Below are positions 31,021-45,100 of a stretch of 64,000 nt of DNA, one piece after another. Numbering within the stretch: the first letter of the stretch is position 1; every line of letters begins with the position of its first letter. Source of the DNA: the human T2T-CHM13v2.0 reference genome, Homo sapiens; assembly GCF_009914755.1 (NCBI RefSeq), contig NC_060938.1; one strand, written 5' to 3'. The notes beneath the pieces are model-generated. The model searched no databases, was not told the DNA's origin, and was given only the letters and a program-made list of their open reading frames with translations. The position numbers and the translations under genes were made by a program.

Positions 31021-34000
31021 ACAGAGCAATTTTTTTACCTAGGTAGGTTCTGCTCCTCCTTAGTTCAAACCACCAAGTTATGACATTAGAATCAGAACCT
31101 ACTTCTAATCCAAAAAAAAAAAAGCCCAACACAAAGGACTAAAACATTCTTGTATGCAGCAACTAATAATCAATATAAGGTCTTAACATTTCTATTTTTA
31201 TCTAAAGACTTACAATCCCTATACAGATTTAACATTTTTTCTCTTTTCCATTTCTCCTGAGAAAATTAAAGAGAATTTAACAAAATCCCATATGTAGATT
31301 TAAAGCTCAACATATATAAAACCACTCAAGTGGTTTTGTCAACAAAATGGATATATAATAAAACATTAAATTACTCCTCCAGATTATCTCTAAATCTAAA
31401 ACATTGTCTCTCCTGGTTGAGAGAATATCAGACTTAATCAAACCTATTAATGAAAATTTTCATACCTGTTTGGGTAACTTATTGAACTCCTCCTAACTCC
31501 AGTTTCTCCTTAGACAAATGATATATGGACAGGCTCAAATATTCCATGTATAGCAATTTGAAAGAACCCTTTGGATGAAAATTTCTGTTTAGTCCAACAC
31601 ACTTTTTAAAACTTTTTATTTAACATTATATAGTTTTAAATAGAACATTGTTTTGACAGAAATTTGAAAAGTATAAGCTCTACTTTGAATTTTTCTAATT
31701 ATATAGAAGCAGAAATGCTCAAGCAGAAAACTATTGAAAATGCAAATTCAGCAATTTGAAAGGCTATTAAAAATTCTTTATTAAAAAAGAAGACCAGAGT
31801 TTTTAAACATGCTCAGAAAAAAAAAATGCTTAGAAAAAATCCCCCAGGGACAAATTATGAACTTGCTGAGAAAGAACTTTAAAAGTATATAGTTATCCCT
31901 TCTATTAATTCTGACTTTAGATTGTGGATGACTACAGATCATTTTCATAAATATATCTACCAGAAGTTTCTATAAAAACAATATTAGAGTTAGATTATAC
32001 TTATGAAAAATCCACTGCCCCATCCAGAATAAACCCACCTTCTGACTCCTCTGCCCTGCATAAGTCTTCACTGAAGAGAAGGCTAAAGGAGGCAGTCTTG
32101 GACTAGAATTTTTGCAATAGGATGGTAAAATCTGAGGTACAGCTGTGTTTTATGCAAATTACATGTGACCCCAAAACTTGAGTACCCTTTGACGATTTGC
32201 CCACAGAAACAGCACCCCTCAATTAACTTCCAGCATTTGCTTGCTTTAAATAGCCCCAACGTGTTAAGTAGGTTAAAAAATATCCACATCAACTCTTCGT
32301 GAAAATACACAGCCTCACATACACATAACAAAGGTAGCATTAGAGCAATTGAGAAAAAAATATACTCCTACCACATGAAGGCATTTGAAATAATCCTTTG
32401 TTTAAGGGACTGAATGTACAATGGATTAAAGTTCTAGCTCAGCTGAACAACATAAGTTCTTATGTTGGGCATGCTCAGCTCTTGCTGAAAGGTCAAAGCT
32501 CTCCATGGACAACAGAGGCTACTGCACACACAAATGGGGCATAGCACATGACTCTGGAGATTCATTCTAAAAGTATGACTTGTCAGCTCTAGCATTACAA
32601 AGCATTAAAACCCAAACACTGTTCTCTGATGATAACATTGTTCCTAACTACTTGGCACCAGGAGTCACAGTGAAAACCACTGACAGCAATAAAAGGCAGA
32701 CTAAGGAAATAGGATCCCCACTTCTCTGAATTTCAACATGACATTACACTATATTGCATTCAGTGCACGGCTAGATCTTTTTAAGTGTGAAGCCCATGGG
32801 ACTTGAGAGAAAATTTTGATGATGCATTTGGAAAAACTGGAAAGCATCCTCACCTCAACACTACATATAAGCTTTCTGCTTCAATCATACAAATAAGCAA
32901 CTATACCACCACCCTTCTGGTTTGTGTTCTGTTGTTTTAAAAGAGTTATGTAAAACAAATTTTTCCAATTCCAGCCTCAGAATGAATGCCAAATCAATTA
33001 ACAGAGATCAAATCACAACAAGCTCAACCCGCAGAGATTTCAAGTAGGCATTACTTGAAATCAAGTATTTTGATGCAGACTGAATATTAATGTTGCATCA
33101 AATAAGATAGAATAGAAATTTCTAAGTTTCCAAAAATGGGATTGAATCCAGATTGTGAAAATCAGAGAGTGTACACAGATCTGTATGGTGGATTAGTTCT
33201 ACACATATATTTATGTGACTGTAAACATAAAAGCCTTCTCCTAATTCTGATGCTGAAAGTTTCTTTAATAAGAAGCAAAGGCATTACATAAGAGATGCAG
33301 TCTAACATGCAAATATCCTTCAGAGAAGAAAAACATTTGTAATAAGCTTATAAATGACATTTCTGTGGATTTTCCTTTTTTCAGAGCAGACTTTGATAGT
33401 GAAAAGAAGGAAGAAAACATGTAGGCCCTAAAGATCCTTAAAAGAGGGAAAGAGGTGACAGAAGGTAAAAAGGGGTAGAAGATCCTACAAATAAACATAG
33501 CCTCATAGCTTACTGCACAATTTTTTCAAGGTTTTATTATACCATAGAAAATTGCCCCAAAACATACTGACATACTGAGACCTCTAATATTTTATATATG
33601 TATATATATTTTTTAAAATATTAAACCAACATACGAGTTTCCAGTATGTAACAATAAGAAACATAGATAATAAGGAAAACATAATTTTGCCAGACCAACT
33701 TAAGTGTTTTTTTAGAGAGCAATTTCTCAGTTTAAGCACATCAGATATCTGCAAGAACATTAAGAGGCAGGATTAGCAATAACAAATAAATGCTTAACAT
33801 TTATATTCAACCAGACAAATATCAAATGATGTATACGTCATTTGATGTATACAAATATCAAAATGATGTATACCTGGTGGAACTTTAAAAAATGACAACA
33901 TATTTACTGATTTTGTTAAAAAGTCGGCTTCTTTTTGTTAAAAAGAAGGCTCAAAGGATAGGGGCTGTCCCATGTGAGATAATTCAGATAAAGCTTGGAA

Positions 34001-34260
34001 AAGGAGAGAGTCCAAGATCAGCCCCAGGGACGATCCGTAGGTGACTAATGCTCTCCTCATCCAGTAATAAATGGATTCATCCATACACTAGTCATCATCT
34101 GCATAAATCTCCCAGATTGCTCATGTTCTTTTTTCCAATTATCTAAAGAAATATTTTAGAACTTTGGGCAGTACTAAAAAAATAAATCTCTATTAATGAC
34201 CTACTATGTGTCAGGAACAGTACTAAGCACATCATATAAATTATTTAACAAATATTTGAG

Positions 34261-34732
34261 TGTGGTGGACAGAATAATGGCCCTCCCAAATATGTCCATG
34301 TCCTAATACTCAGAATCTGTGAATATGTTAGTGCATATGGCAAAGGAGTATTAGGGCTGCTAATCAGATGACCTTGATATGAGGGGATTATCCTCAATTA
34401 TCTGGCTGGGCCAAATGTCCTTATAAGTAGGAAAGGGAGGCACAAGAGTGAGAGATTTGAAGATGCTATGGTGTTGGCTATTCTCTGTTGGCCTTGAAGG
34501 TGGATGAAGGAGCCATGAGCCAAGGAAAACACAGGTGGCCTCTAGAATCTAGAAAAGTAAATGAATTCTCCCATAGAACCTCCAGAAGTAATGCAGCCCT
34601 GCTGATACCTTGATTTTAGCCAAGATCCATTTCAGACCTCTGACCTTTGGAACTGTCAGAGAACACAGCTGTGCTGTTTTAAGCCATGAAATTTGTAGTA
34701 GTTTGGTAAAGCAGCAATAGGAAACCACTACA
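34261..34732 (+). mobile_element. MLT1D solo LTR
   Basis: Runs tgtggtggacagaataatggccc...gcagcaataggaaaccactaca; near-TSD ttgag/ttgac. Confidence 0.85.
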
Positions 34733-34739
34733 TTGACTG

Positions 34740-34920
34740 TTCCATTATTTCATTTAATCCTTATGAAATTCTATAAATGTATTATTATTGCTATTTTACA
34801 GATAAAGAAACTGAGTCCGAGAGTTTAGTTAACTTGCCCAAATTTACCCAGCTAGTGGGTACCTAAACCAGGTTTCAAAACTATTCTAATTCCAAGGTCT
34901 ATCCATTTAATTATTATAAT
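34740..34920 (-). mobile_element. MIR SINE
   Basis: ttttacagataaagaaactgag...taacttgccca. Confidence 0.75.
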
Positions 34921-36604
34921 TCTTCTCTCATGGGTTGATATTACCATACACTCAACATTACAACTCCCCACCACGTATTTATTCCAAGAAAAGATTTCAT
35001 CACTGGGGCCTTACTCTGTACCTGCACATGAAGCAGCTGGTGCAGACTGTGGCTCTTCCAACTCAGAATGAATGAGAATGTGGTATAAAACAGTAAAACA
35101 GTGACTTATTGGAGGAGCAAAACTAGGAGTTTTACACATATAGATGTGAGCAATGAAGCAGGGAGGCATTCTGACAGCTGCTGATGACAAGCAGATTGGC
35201 TGCTATAGCACGTCAGACGCCATGAATCACAAGAGAGCTTTCAGTAATGGTTCCCACCAGTACAGCCCACTGACACCATTTTTCAGTGTTGACAGACTCA
35301 AACATTCCCATTTCCAGTGACTCATTGGGCAGAGACAATTTGACATATGGACTGACCACTCCTGGATAGAGACCCCTCTACTAAAGAACATTAATGTATA
35401 TTGCAGTTTTACTATTAATCATTTAAAGCACTATTGTTTTGCCTTCTGATTTATATTAGTTTTCATGGAAATAGCCATTGACTAAACCTCATGCTAAGTA
35501 TGAATCCACTCAGATGTCTCTACTCCAAGTCTCAAGGTTTCACTCTTTTCCAATCAATTCTCTATCACATAAGAGATCTGGCAAGATTGCAACTTATGTT
35601 GTAATTCTGCAACCTGCACAATTAAATTTTGTGCCTGATTTTCAGTAAGCTATAAGAAACAAGGAATTTTTTAAGCAGCTCTCTGGTTCTCTGATAATGA
35701 CTTTGGCTGGGAGCTTAAAGACCTGGGTTTGAATTTCTTCTCTGAGTGCTCCAGTGCATTCAAAGAAAAGCATTCCATACCACAGTGCTTGTAGTCGTCA
35801 TCACTTCCATAATGGTCAGCACTACCAATGCACTTGATTATTAGGCACTTCCACACAATTAACAGCAGATGAAAATTTTATTAATCCTGATGACACTATA
35901 TACCATATATTACTAATATCTCATTACACATTTGCACAGAACTCAGTACTGTATTCAAGCTCAAGCATACAACCAATGCAATCCCCAAATCTCATCTTTG
36001 AAGGTCTGTTTCCTGAGACTACTCCTAATACCAGCTTTGTATTGGTTGGGAGACAGGAGAGAAAACCCATACCAGTTATTAACACAGAGAATATAACATA
36101 AAAAATTATTAAGGATAATTTTTTATCCTTAATTGGAAAACTGAAAAGACAAAAAGGAATATTAAGAAATCATTGAGATAGTCATACAAAGAGCAGCTAC
36201 CACCTCCAGGAGCTGGGAATAAAAAGGGGGAAAGGTTGTAATGATAAAACTTAGATGCTTGGAGAAGGGACCCATGGAACTGAACTCAGATCTCTGAGGA
36301 AGGGGCAGTGTTCAGCTAGCTCTGGTGTCCCTGAGTAGTCATAATAAGGCTGGTTACATGAGTGTTAGAAAAACTGCAATCTGATATCCACAGCAGCTAT
36401 GGAAAGAACTGACACTGCTTCTGAGATAAAGAAACTTTGCTGGGGAAATGCTGAAGGGAGCAGGCATGAGTACCCCTACCTCCTCTATCTTTGCAAACTT
36501 CTAGTTGCCCCTATTGGCAAACCCTAACAGAGAACCAGCCTGCCTGCAAAGCAGAAAGGTGGGTTTGCAGTGTCTCAGTTCAAGCAAAGAAACACATGGT
36601 ATAC

Positions 36605-36810
36605 TGTTTAGCTCATTCATTCACTCACCAAACATTTTTAAATGCCTACTATATTCTGGGCACTGGTGACCACTGAACAAAATAACAAAGTCTCCACTTT
36701 TGCGGTTGACATTTTGGTAGGGTGAGGCCAATAATAAATAAATAGACAAATATTTAATATTTGAGGTGGTAAAAAATGCTTTGAAGGAAAATAAATCAGT
36801 GATGGGGTGG
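36605..36810 (-). mobile_element. L2 3' end
   Basis: cattcattcactcaccaaacattttt...cctactatattctgggcactg. Confidence 0.7.
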
Positions 36811-36859
36811 AGAGAAATGGGTGCAGAAGCAGTAGAGATGGAGGCTGTGTAGATAAAGC

Positions 36860-37090
36860 ATGAGCAGTAGAGCCACACTGCCAGCACCTGAGTCCTATCT
36901 CTGCTTCTTACTAAACCTATGATCTCAGGCAAGTTACTTAGCCTCTCTGTACCTCAGTTACTTTACGCGTCAGATGCAGATAATGGTGACAAAAATATCA
37001 ACTTCATGGAATTGCTGTAAAGATTAAATAAACGGGTATCTATAAAGTGCTTAGAATAATATCTGGTGTATAATAAGTTCCATATTGTTA
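36860..37090 (+). mobile_element. MIR SINE
   Basis: MIR core ggcaagttacttagcctctctgtacctcagtt. Confidence 0.8.
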
Positions 37091-37455
37091 AAGAGTGGTA
37101 TCATATAATGACAGACTACAATGAGCCTAGACTGGGAGGAGGGAGAGTGTGGTTACGGTAAAAGAAGACATAAAAGGTATGGAAACGGTAATGAGGAACA
37201 AAGAAGACCTGAACTCCAGGCCAGTGATATGACGGATATAAAAGAGAAAACAGCTAACCGTGAGAAGTCTGAGAGGGAGGCAAAGTCTTCAAAGGAGAGT
37301 CAGGTTTAAGCCACATTCAGAAAAGAGGCTGAGAATACTGCACTGTAGATGATAGTGGATGCAATTTAGAGAAAGACATAGAAGTGTGAAAGAAGTATTT
37401 GCCACTTATTACCTTACTTTTACTAAAAGTAAAAACGCTATGATTAGAATGATAA

Positions 37456-37766
37456 GGCCGGGCGCAGTGGCTCACGCCTGTAATGCCACCACTTTGTGGG
37501 GCCAAGGCGGGCAGATCACCTGAGGTCGGGAGTTCAAGATCAGCCTAACCAACATGGAGAAACCCCGTCTCTACTGAAAATACAAAATTAGCCGGGCATG
37601 ATGGCACATGCCTGTAATCCCAGCTTCTCAGGAGGCTGAGGCAGGAGAATTGCTTGAACCTGGAAGGCGGAGGTTGCTGTGAGCCAAGATCACGCCACTG
37701 CACTCTAGCCTGGGCAACAAGAGCGAAACTCTGTCTCAAAAAAGAAATAAACAAACAAACAAAAAA
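37456..37766 (+). mobile_element. AluSp
   Basis: Diagnostic gtcgggagttc, aacatggagaaacccc and ggcaacaagagcgaaact; TSD aatgataa. Confidence 0.92.
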
Positions 37767-39376
37767 AAATGATAATAGTTTTCTGACGGTAAAAACACCA
37801 AAACATTTATTATGAGCAATAATATAATTTCTATAACACTGTCTAGTTTACAAAATGTTTTCACATCTACTGTGTTATTGCTCATAATAAAATTGTAAAA
37901 CTGAAACAATATACATTCACAATGAGAGTGAAGACATAGGCAAACCTAGTATTAGTCCAATAATTCTCAAACATTTGACAGTTGCTAAGAGGGTGAATAT
38001 ATCTACTGAAAACTAAAATAAGGCTTTAGGGAAAGTATGTTGTAGACACTAAGATGTTTTCACATTGTATATGTAAAACAGTAGATGGATTCTGAGCTTC
38101 TGGTGTTTCCAAATAAAAAAAGGCTTTTTGGTAGAGCAATATACTAGTTAAACCACAAAGTACCTAGATAGTGGATCCCTAATGGCCCAATCACAAGGCC
38201 ACTTTTCAGAGGTCCTACCATATTGGAAAACAGCCCTTAAAATGTGGCCATTCTGCATACTTGTCAACACACTGAAACCTCAAGGTGACCCACACTAAAA
38301 GGTCTGTCTCTGCTCTCTTACTCAGCTGTCATTCCCAGCATAATTTCAAGGGACTTCAGGGACTTCCAACATGTACTTTATATAGATCACGTAGAAGTCC
38401 AAAATGCCACAATAGTATCAAAAAATAGATTTTTAGGATAACAGAATCAAAATTAGTTTCCTAGTATGACACAAGATCTTAAAGAACCCTCATCTAATCT
38501 CTCACGTTATTGATTTGAACAATGAAGTAGAGCGAAAGAAAGTGGCTTTACTCAAGGGCACACAGATTCACAGCTACATAGTGACAGTATAGGGCTAAAT
38601 TTCTGGTTTCCTAGATACTGAGTTCAACATTCTCATTCAGCTCTACATGCTGCCTTAATATTATTGGGAGAATGATACAGGAAAGGGAAGCAACCTGGAA
38701 TTAAAACTGATATAGGAAAAGAAATATTGGTGGGGAGGACATGTCTTACAGATGCATATGACTAACCTTACAGAAGAGAAAAAAGTGGCTCATCAGTGTA
38801 TTTAATCACTGTGTAACATGCACACATATTCTGCAGATTTCTCAAGTGACAGGACTTAAAAATTTAATTTCTACAGCTTATTATTTCTACATTTGAACTG
38901 ATTTGTAAAAACCTTGAAGACAACTCCATTTTCCAAGTCTTGGTATTCCCTCAAGCGCATCACAAACTGGGCCCACAATAGTTACTCAATAACTGCTTCC
39001 TATGTATGTACCTGATTATAATACTTGACAAAATATTCACCCTTTGGTTATGAAAATTATTTTTAATTTTTTCTTCTTTGTTTAGCAAAGCAACATTTAG
39101 AGTTATTCTAAAACTGTCTACTGATATATAGATTTTATTTAGAAAACATTTGTTTTATTCAGTTAGTCATTTTTTAGCAAAATTCACAAATCAAAATTAT
39201 GATTTAGATTAATATAAAGTAACACATTTGAAGTTATGAAGCTTTGCTTCATGAAAGATTTAAGAAAACAAAGATTATTCTACATGAAATGCCACATAAA
39301 GCAATTTAGCAGACTTGAAAAACAAGAAAGGGGAGGGAATATGTGCAAAGAACTACATAGGAATGGAGCACTTTTA

Positions 39377-39390
39377 GTTTCTATAGTAAC
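39377..39390. promoter_or_regulatory. RFX X-box consensus match GTTTCTATAGTAAC
   Basis: Exact match to GTYNCY-AT-RGNAAC in apparently non-repeat DNA. Confidence 0.4.
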
Positions 39391-40916
39391 CAATATAAAT
39401 GAATACTGTTTTGGAAAATGTACTAGCAAAGTCAGTGAGACGTAAATTTATGAACACAAAAACCAAAGACCCAATTCAATCCTATGGTATAAATCCACAC
39501 TTTTCCTCTAAATGGAGCTGAAATTTTTTTAAAAGCCCTATTGCTAACTGGTCTGTTCAAAGGATTTTTTTCTTAATTTGCTATTCTGCCTTCTGGGTAT
39601 TTGTCTACTACACAAACATTTATCAATAACTAGAAATGACTTTTTTATTGCCTGCTGGATCGTTTATTAAAACTCTAGTGGAGAAGCCAATGAGAACATA
39701 ATTGTCTAACAATCCCTTCTTCCCAACTGTGTGTGGTAAATTGACTCCAGAGACCAGGACACACAACGTGATAACTTTTTCAAAATTAATTGAAATATTA
39801 ATCATAAAACAAAAAAAGAAAAATATGTATATATTATTTACTTTTATCTAAGCGAGTAAATCTCCTTTGTTATAAAAACTATACTAAATGTATGTTTTCA
39901 GTTTTTTAGATAAAGAGAGAGGACTATGTGAAGTTATTTTCAGAGACAGAGAAAATCCATTGCCCAGGCGCCCTGTTGTTCTTCTGATTTGTGTATGCTT
40001 AGCCTACTCAGTATAATAAAGATGGTCAAGGATTATACAATTTACACCCATTTAAACATATATACTTTTCTCCTAAAGTAAATGACTAAAACAAGACATT
40101 TATCTGAAGAAGAAACTTCCTGTAATCACGTAAGTGTTACAGTGATGAAGAGAGCCGAACAGTTATTTCAACATTTCATGTAAAATTGTCATGAAAAGGA
40201 AAAAATTTCACAATGTACAATGCAAAACACTTTCATTTAATACTTGTTTTATTATTATCATTGAGTTGTCTAGAAATCAGTGTCTTTAAGCATATTGAGG
40301 TTGATTTTCAACATGCCAATTATCTTACTCCAAGTGTTTATTCCAATGCTTTAAAAAGAAGGAATTACATCTAAATGCCTTGTGTCTGTATATTGACCTA
40401 GCTTGATGAACTGGTGATGCTGCTTCCTTCAGCCTCATATTGTAAAGTGTTCTTCCTACATCCTTCACAGTTACAATGTAATCAGATTTTCTAAATATCT
40501 AATTGTTAATACTCATCTTATTCCATAATGATGCTACTGATAGAGACTATGTGCAGACTAATAAGATCAAAGTCAAAATGACTGATCTTGCCAAAAGATC
40601 TTTTTTATTTTCTATTATGTATTAAGAAACACTATAGGAGGTGCTGGAAATGTAAGAATGAGTAAGATGCCCTGCTGTCCAGGATATCACAAGCTAGCCA
40701 GAAAAAGAAACAAAAAAAAATGGCTATCAAAATATTGTGGTTGCATAAGAATTCAGTAATTCAAAGGAAAAATTCAAATTAAAACAAGTTTTCAACATTT
40801 GTTATAATGTCTACTACTTTGTTTTGAAATATTTCTAGACTTGAAATTCCTAATTTTCCAAAATTGATATTTGTGAGAAAGTAATCACTAATACTCTGAA
40901 AGGTTAATATGATCTA

Positions 40917-41340
40917 TATTTAGAAGAAAACCTTCAGACAAATTAAATTTAGCAGAGTTTATTTAAGCAAAGCTCATGAATCAAGCAGCACATTGAACAA
41001 GTTGAAGATCATTTAGCTCCACCCGTCAGTGTAGGCAGGCAATATTTGTAGACAGAAAAAGGAAGTAATGTACATAAAGAGCTTCGTTGATTATAGCTCC
41101 ACATTTGGGCCTGGTGTGATGAGGCATTTGCTTTATATGGACATGGTCTGATCAGTTGGCAGTCTGTGATTGGCTGTTGGCAGTCTGTGATTGGCTGAAG
41201 CTCAGCTGCTATGATTGGCTAAGACTCACCTACTTGTTACAAGAATATATTCTTAAGTTAGGTTACAGTTTGTTCACATACTAAGATAGGTTGCTTTTTG
41301 CTACTTAGAGAGGCAGCTCTAAGCCAAATTTAATTTAACA
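40917..41340 (-). mobile_element. MER57-family ERV1 solo LTR
   Basis: Minus-strand start tgttaaattaaatttggcttagagctgcctc; tandem CCAAT boxes. Confidence 0.75.
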
Positions 41341-42107
41341 GGACAGTTTCAAATATATGTGAGGCAATATATGTGAAATTGCTTTCCATGAAGTATTTTG
41401 AATGAGCCTTTTTCAAATGTCTGAAGAACTGTATACCATGTTAGTATAATTAAATTTTACACAACTGAAAATTTTTATATAAAAAATAAATACTAATTAT
41501 TCATATATGTTAAGATTTAGAAAGCGTATCCTTTTCTTCAATAAATACATTAACTTTACTGTAAAGAAAATTTGTTGCCTTACACGATCATCTATAATTT
41601 TAGTATTTCAAAGATGACATTATTTATTTTGTTATATTAAGGAAAAGTAAAGATGTTTCTGGAAGGCACCAGGAGTCCTGTCTGCACTGAGCACCATGAA
41701 GTTCACCTGCATTGAGTTCTTTCCCTTTGTACAACACTTACTCCCAGACCAAAAAATAACTCCTTCTCTCCAATCTGTGTTCCAGGCAAACCAATAGACT
41801 CCAATTGTCTCCCGAAATGCTTAAAGTGCTTTTCCAATATCCACTATGTTTGGGCAACATATTAAAAATATACAACAAAAAATTTTTGCTGTGTTTTTCT
41901 TCTTAAGCATGTAGGACACAGGGCTCAAAAGTAATGAATATTTCAATGTTACCAAATTCTTCAACTTCAGTTTTCATTATTGTTGATCTTGTCCTTCTGG
42001 GTGGGCATGGATAGTATTAAAACACTTTGTAGATATGAAGATTGGTTTGAAAATTTTGGCTACTTTAGTGCAATGCAATCTGTCAGTTTTCCTAAAGACT
42101 TGTTAGG

Positions 42108-45100
42108 CATGATCTAACATCACACCTAGAGGAACTGGAGTAACAAGAATAAACTAATCCCACAGCTAGCAGAAGAAAGTAAATAACGAAAATCAGAACA
42201 GAACTGAATGAAATTGAGACCCAAAAAATTGATACAAGAATCAACAAAACCAAAAGTGGAAAGGATAAACAACATGAATAGACCACTTGCTAGATTAACA
42301 AAGAAAAAAAGAGAGACTAGATCCAAATAAGCACCATCAGAAATAACAAAAGTGACATTGCAACTGATCCCACAAAAATACAAAAGATTTGTAGAAACTA
42401 TTGCGAACACCTCTATGCACACAAACTAAAAAATCTAGAGGAAATGAAAAAATACCTGGAAACACAGTCTCCCAAGATTGAATCAGGAAGAAATTGAAAT
42501 GCTGAACAGACCAATATCGAGTTCCAAAATTGAATCAGTAATTTAAAAACTTATCAATGAAAACAAGCCCTGGACCAGATGGATTCACAGCTGAATTCTA
42601 CCAGACATACAAAAAAGAGCTAGTACTGATTCTACTGAAACTATTTAAAAAAAAATTGAGGAGGAGAGACTCCTCCCTAACTCATTCTACAAAGTCAGCA
42701 TCACCAGGATAAAAAAAAAACCTGGAAAAAAACACAACAAAAAAGGAAAACTACAGGTCGGTCAATATCCTTGATAAACATAGACACAAAAATCCTCAAC
42801 AAAATAATAGCAAACTGAATTCAATAGCACATCAAAAAGTTAATTCATCATGACAAAGCAGGCATCATTCCTGAGATGCAAAGTTGGCTCAACATATGCA
42901 AATCAATAAATATAATTCACCACATGAACTAAAATAAAAACAAAACCCATATGATTATCTCAATAGATACAGAAAACCCTTTCAAAAAGATCCAACATCC
43001 TTAATGATAAAAACCCCTAAGGAAATAGGCATCAAAGAAACGTACCTCAAAATATCCTTAATGATAAAAACCCTTAAGGAACTAGGCATCAAAGAAACAT
43101 ACCTCAAAATAACAAGAGCCACCTATGACAAACCCACAGGCAACATCATACTGACTGAACCAAAAGTAGAAGCATTCTCCCAGAGAACTAGAAATAAGAC
43201 AAGGGTGTCCACTCTCACCACTCCTAATCAACATAGTACTGGAAGTGCTAGCAAGACAATCAGGCAAGAGGAAGAAATAAAAGGCATCCAAATAGAAAAA
43301 GAAGTCAAATTATCTCTCTTCACTGATGATATAATTCTATACAGAGAAAACCCAAAGGACTCTGACAAAAGGCTATTATAACTGATAAATGACTTTATGA
43401 AGATTTCAGATGCAAAATCAATGTACAAAAAGCTGTAGCATTTCTATACACTAATATAGTTCAAGCTGAGAGCCAAATCAAGAATGCAATTTCATTTAAA
43501 ATAGACAGAAAAAATAAAATAAAATACCTAGGAATACATCTAACCTAGGAGGTGAAAGATCTTTATAAAGGGAACTACAGAACACTGCTAAAAGAAATTG
43601 TAGAAAACAGAAACAAATGGAAAAACATCCCATGTGCATGGATTAAAATAATCATTAAAATACCCATACTGCCCAAATCAATATACAGATTCAATGTTAT
43701 TCCTATCGAACTACCAATGTCATTTTTCACAGAACTGCTAAAAACTATGCTAAAATGTATATGGAATCAAAAGAAAAAAGAAGAACCTGAAAAGCCAAAG
43801 CAATCTTAATCAAAAAGAACAAACCCAGAGGCATCACACTTGACTTCATACTACTCCATAACCCAAACAGCATGGTACTGGTACAAAAACAGACACATAG
43901 ACCAATGGAACAGAATGCGGAACCCAGAAATAAAGCCATACACCTACAGTCATCTGATCTTTGACGAAGCTGACAAAAATAAGTAATGGGGAAAGAATTC
44001 CCTATTCAATAAATGGTGCTGGGATAGCTGGCTAGCCATATATAGAATGAAACTAAAGCCCTACATTTTACCATATACAAAAATTAACTCAAGATGGATT
44101 AAAGACTTAAAATGTAAGACATCAAATCATAAGAATACTAGAAGAAAAACCTAAGAAACACCATTCTGGACATCGGCCTTGGGAAAGAATTTATGACTAG
44201 GTCCTCAAAAGCAATTGCAACAGAAACAAAAATTGACAAGTGGGACCTAATTAAACTAAAGAGCTTCTGCACAGAAAAAGAAATTATCAACAGAGTGAAC
44301 AGAAAACTTACAGAATGGGAGAAAATATTCACAAACTATGCATCTGACAAAGATCTAATATCCAGAATGCATAAGAAACTTTAATAATTGAACAAGCACA
44401 AAACAAATAACCCCATTAAAAATGGGCAAAAGACATGAACAGACACTTCTCAAAATAAGAAATACAAGCAGCGAACAAACATAAAAGAAAAAATTTTCAA
44501 CAAAACTAATTATCTGAGAAACGTGAATCAAAACCATAATGAGATACAATCTCGTACCATTCAGAATGGCTATTAATAAAAAGTCGAAAACAATAGATGT
44601 CGGTGAGGCTGCAGAGAAAAAGGAAGACTTACATACTGTCAGTGGGAAGATAAATTAGTTCAGCCACTGTTGAAAGAAGTTTGGAGATTTCTCACAGAAC
44701 TACCATTCGACCCAGCAATCCTATTACTAGGTATACATCCAAAAGAAAACAAATCGTTCGACCAAAAAGACACATGCACTCTCACGTCCATTGCGGTACT
44801 ATTCACAATATCAAAGACATGGAATCAACCTAGGTGCCCTTCAGTGGTGGACTGGATAAAAAAATGTGGTACAGATGGATTAAAGACTTAAATGTTAGAC
44901 CTAAAACCATAAAAACCCTAGAAGAAAACCTAGACAATACCATTCAGGACATAGGCATGGGCAAGGACTTCATGACTAAAACACCAAAAGCAATAGCAAC
45001 AAAAGCCAAAATAGACAAATGGGTTCTAATTAAACTAAACAGCTTCTGCACAGCAAAAGAAACTACCATCAGAGTGAACAGGCAACCTAGAGAATGGGAG

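Noticed and set aside
36038-36590. Possible ancient LTR
   Set aside because: It looks LTR-like, but I could not assign a family or boundaries reliably.
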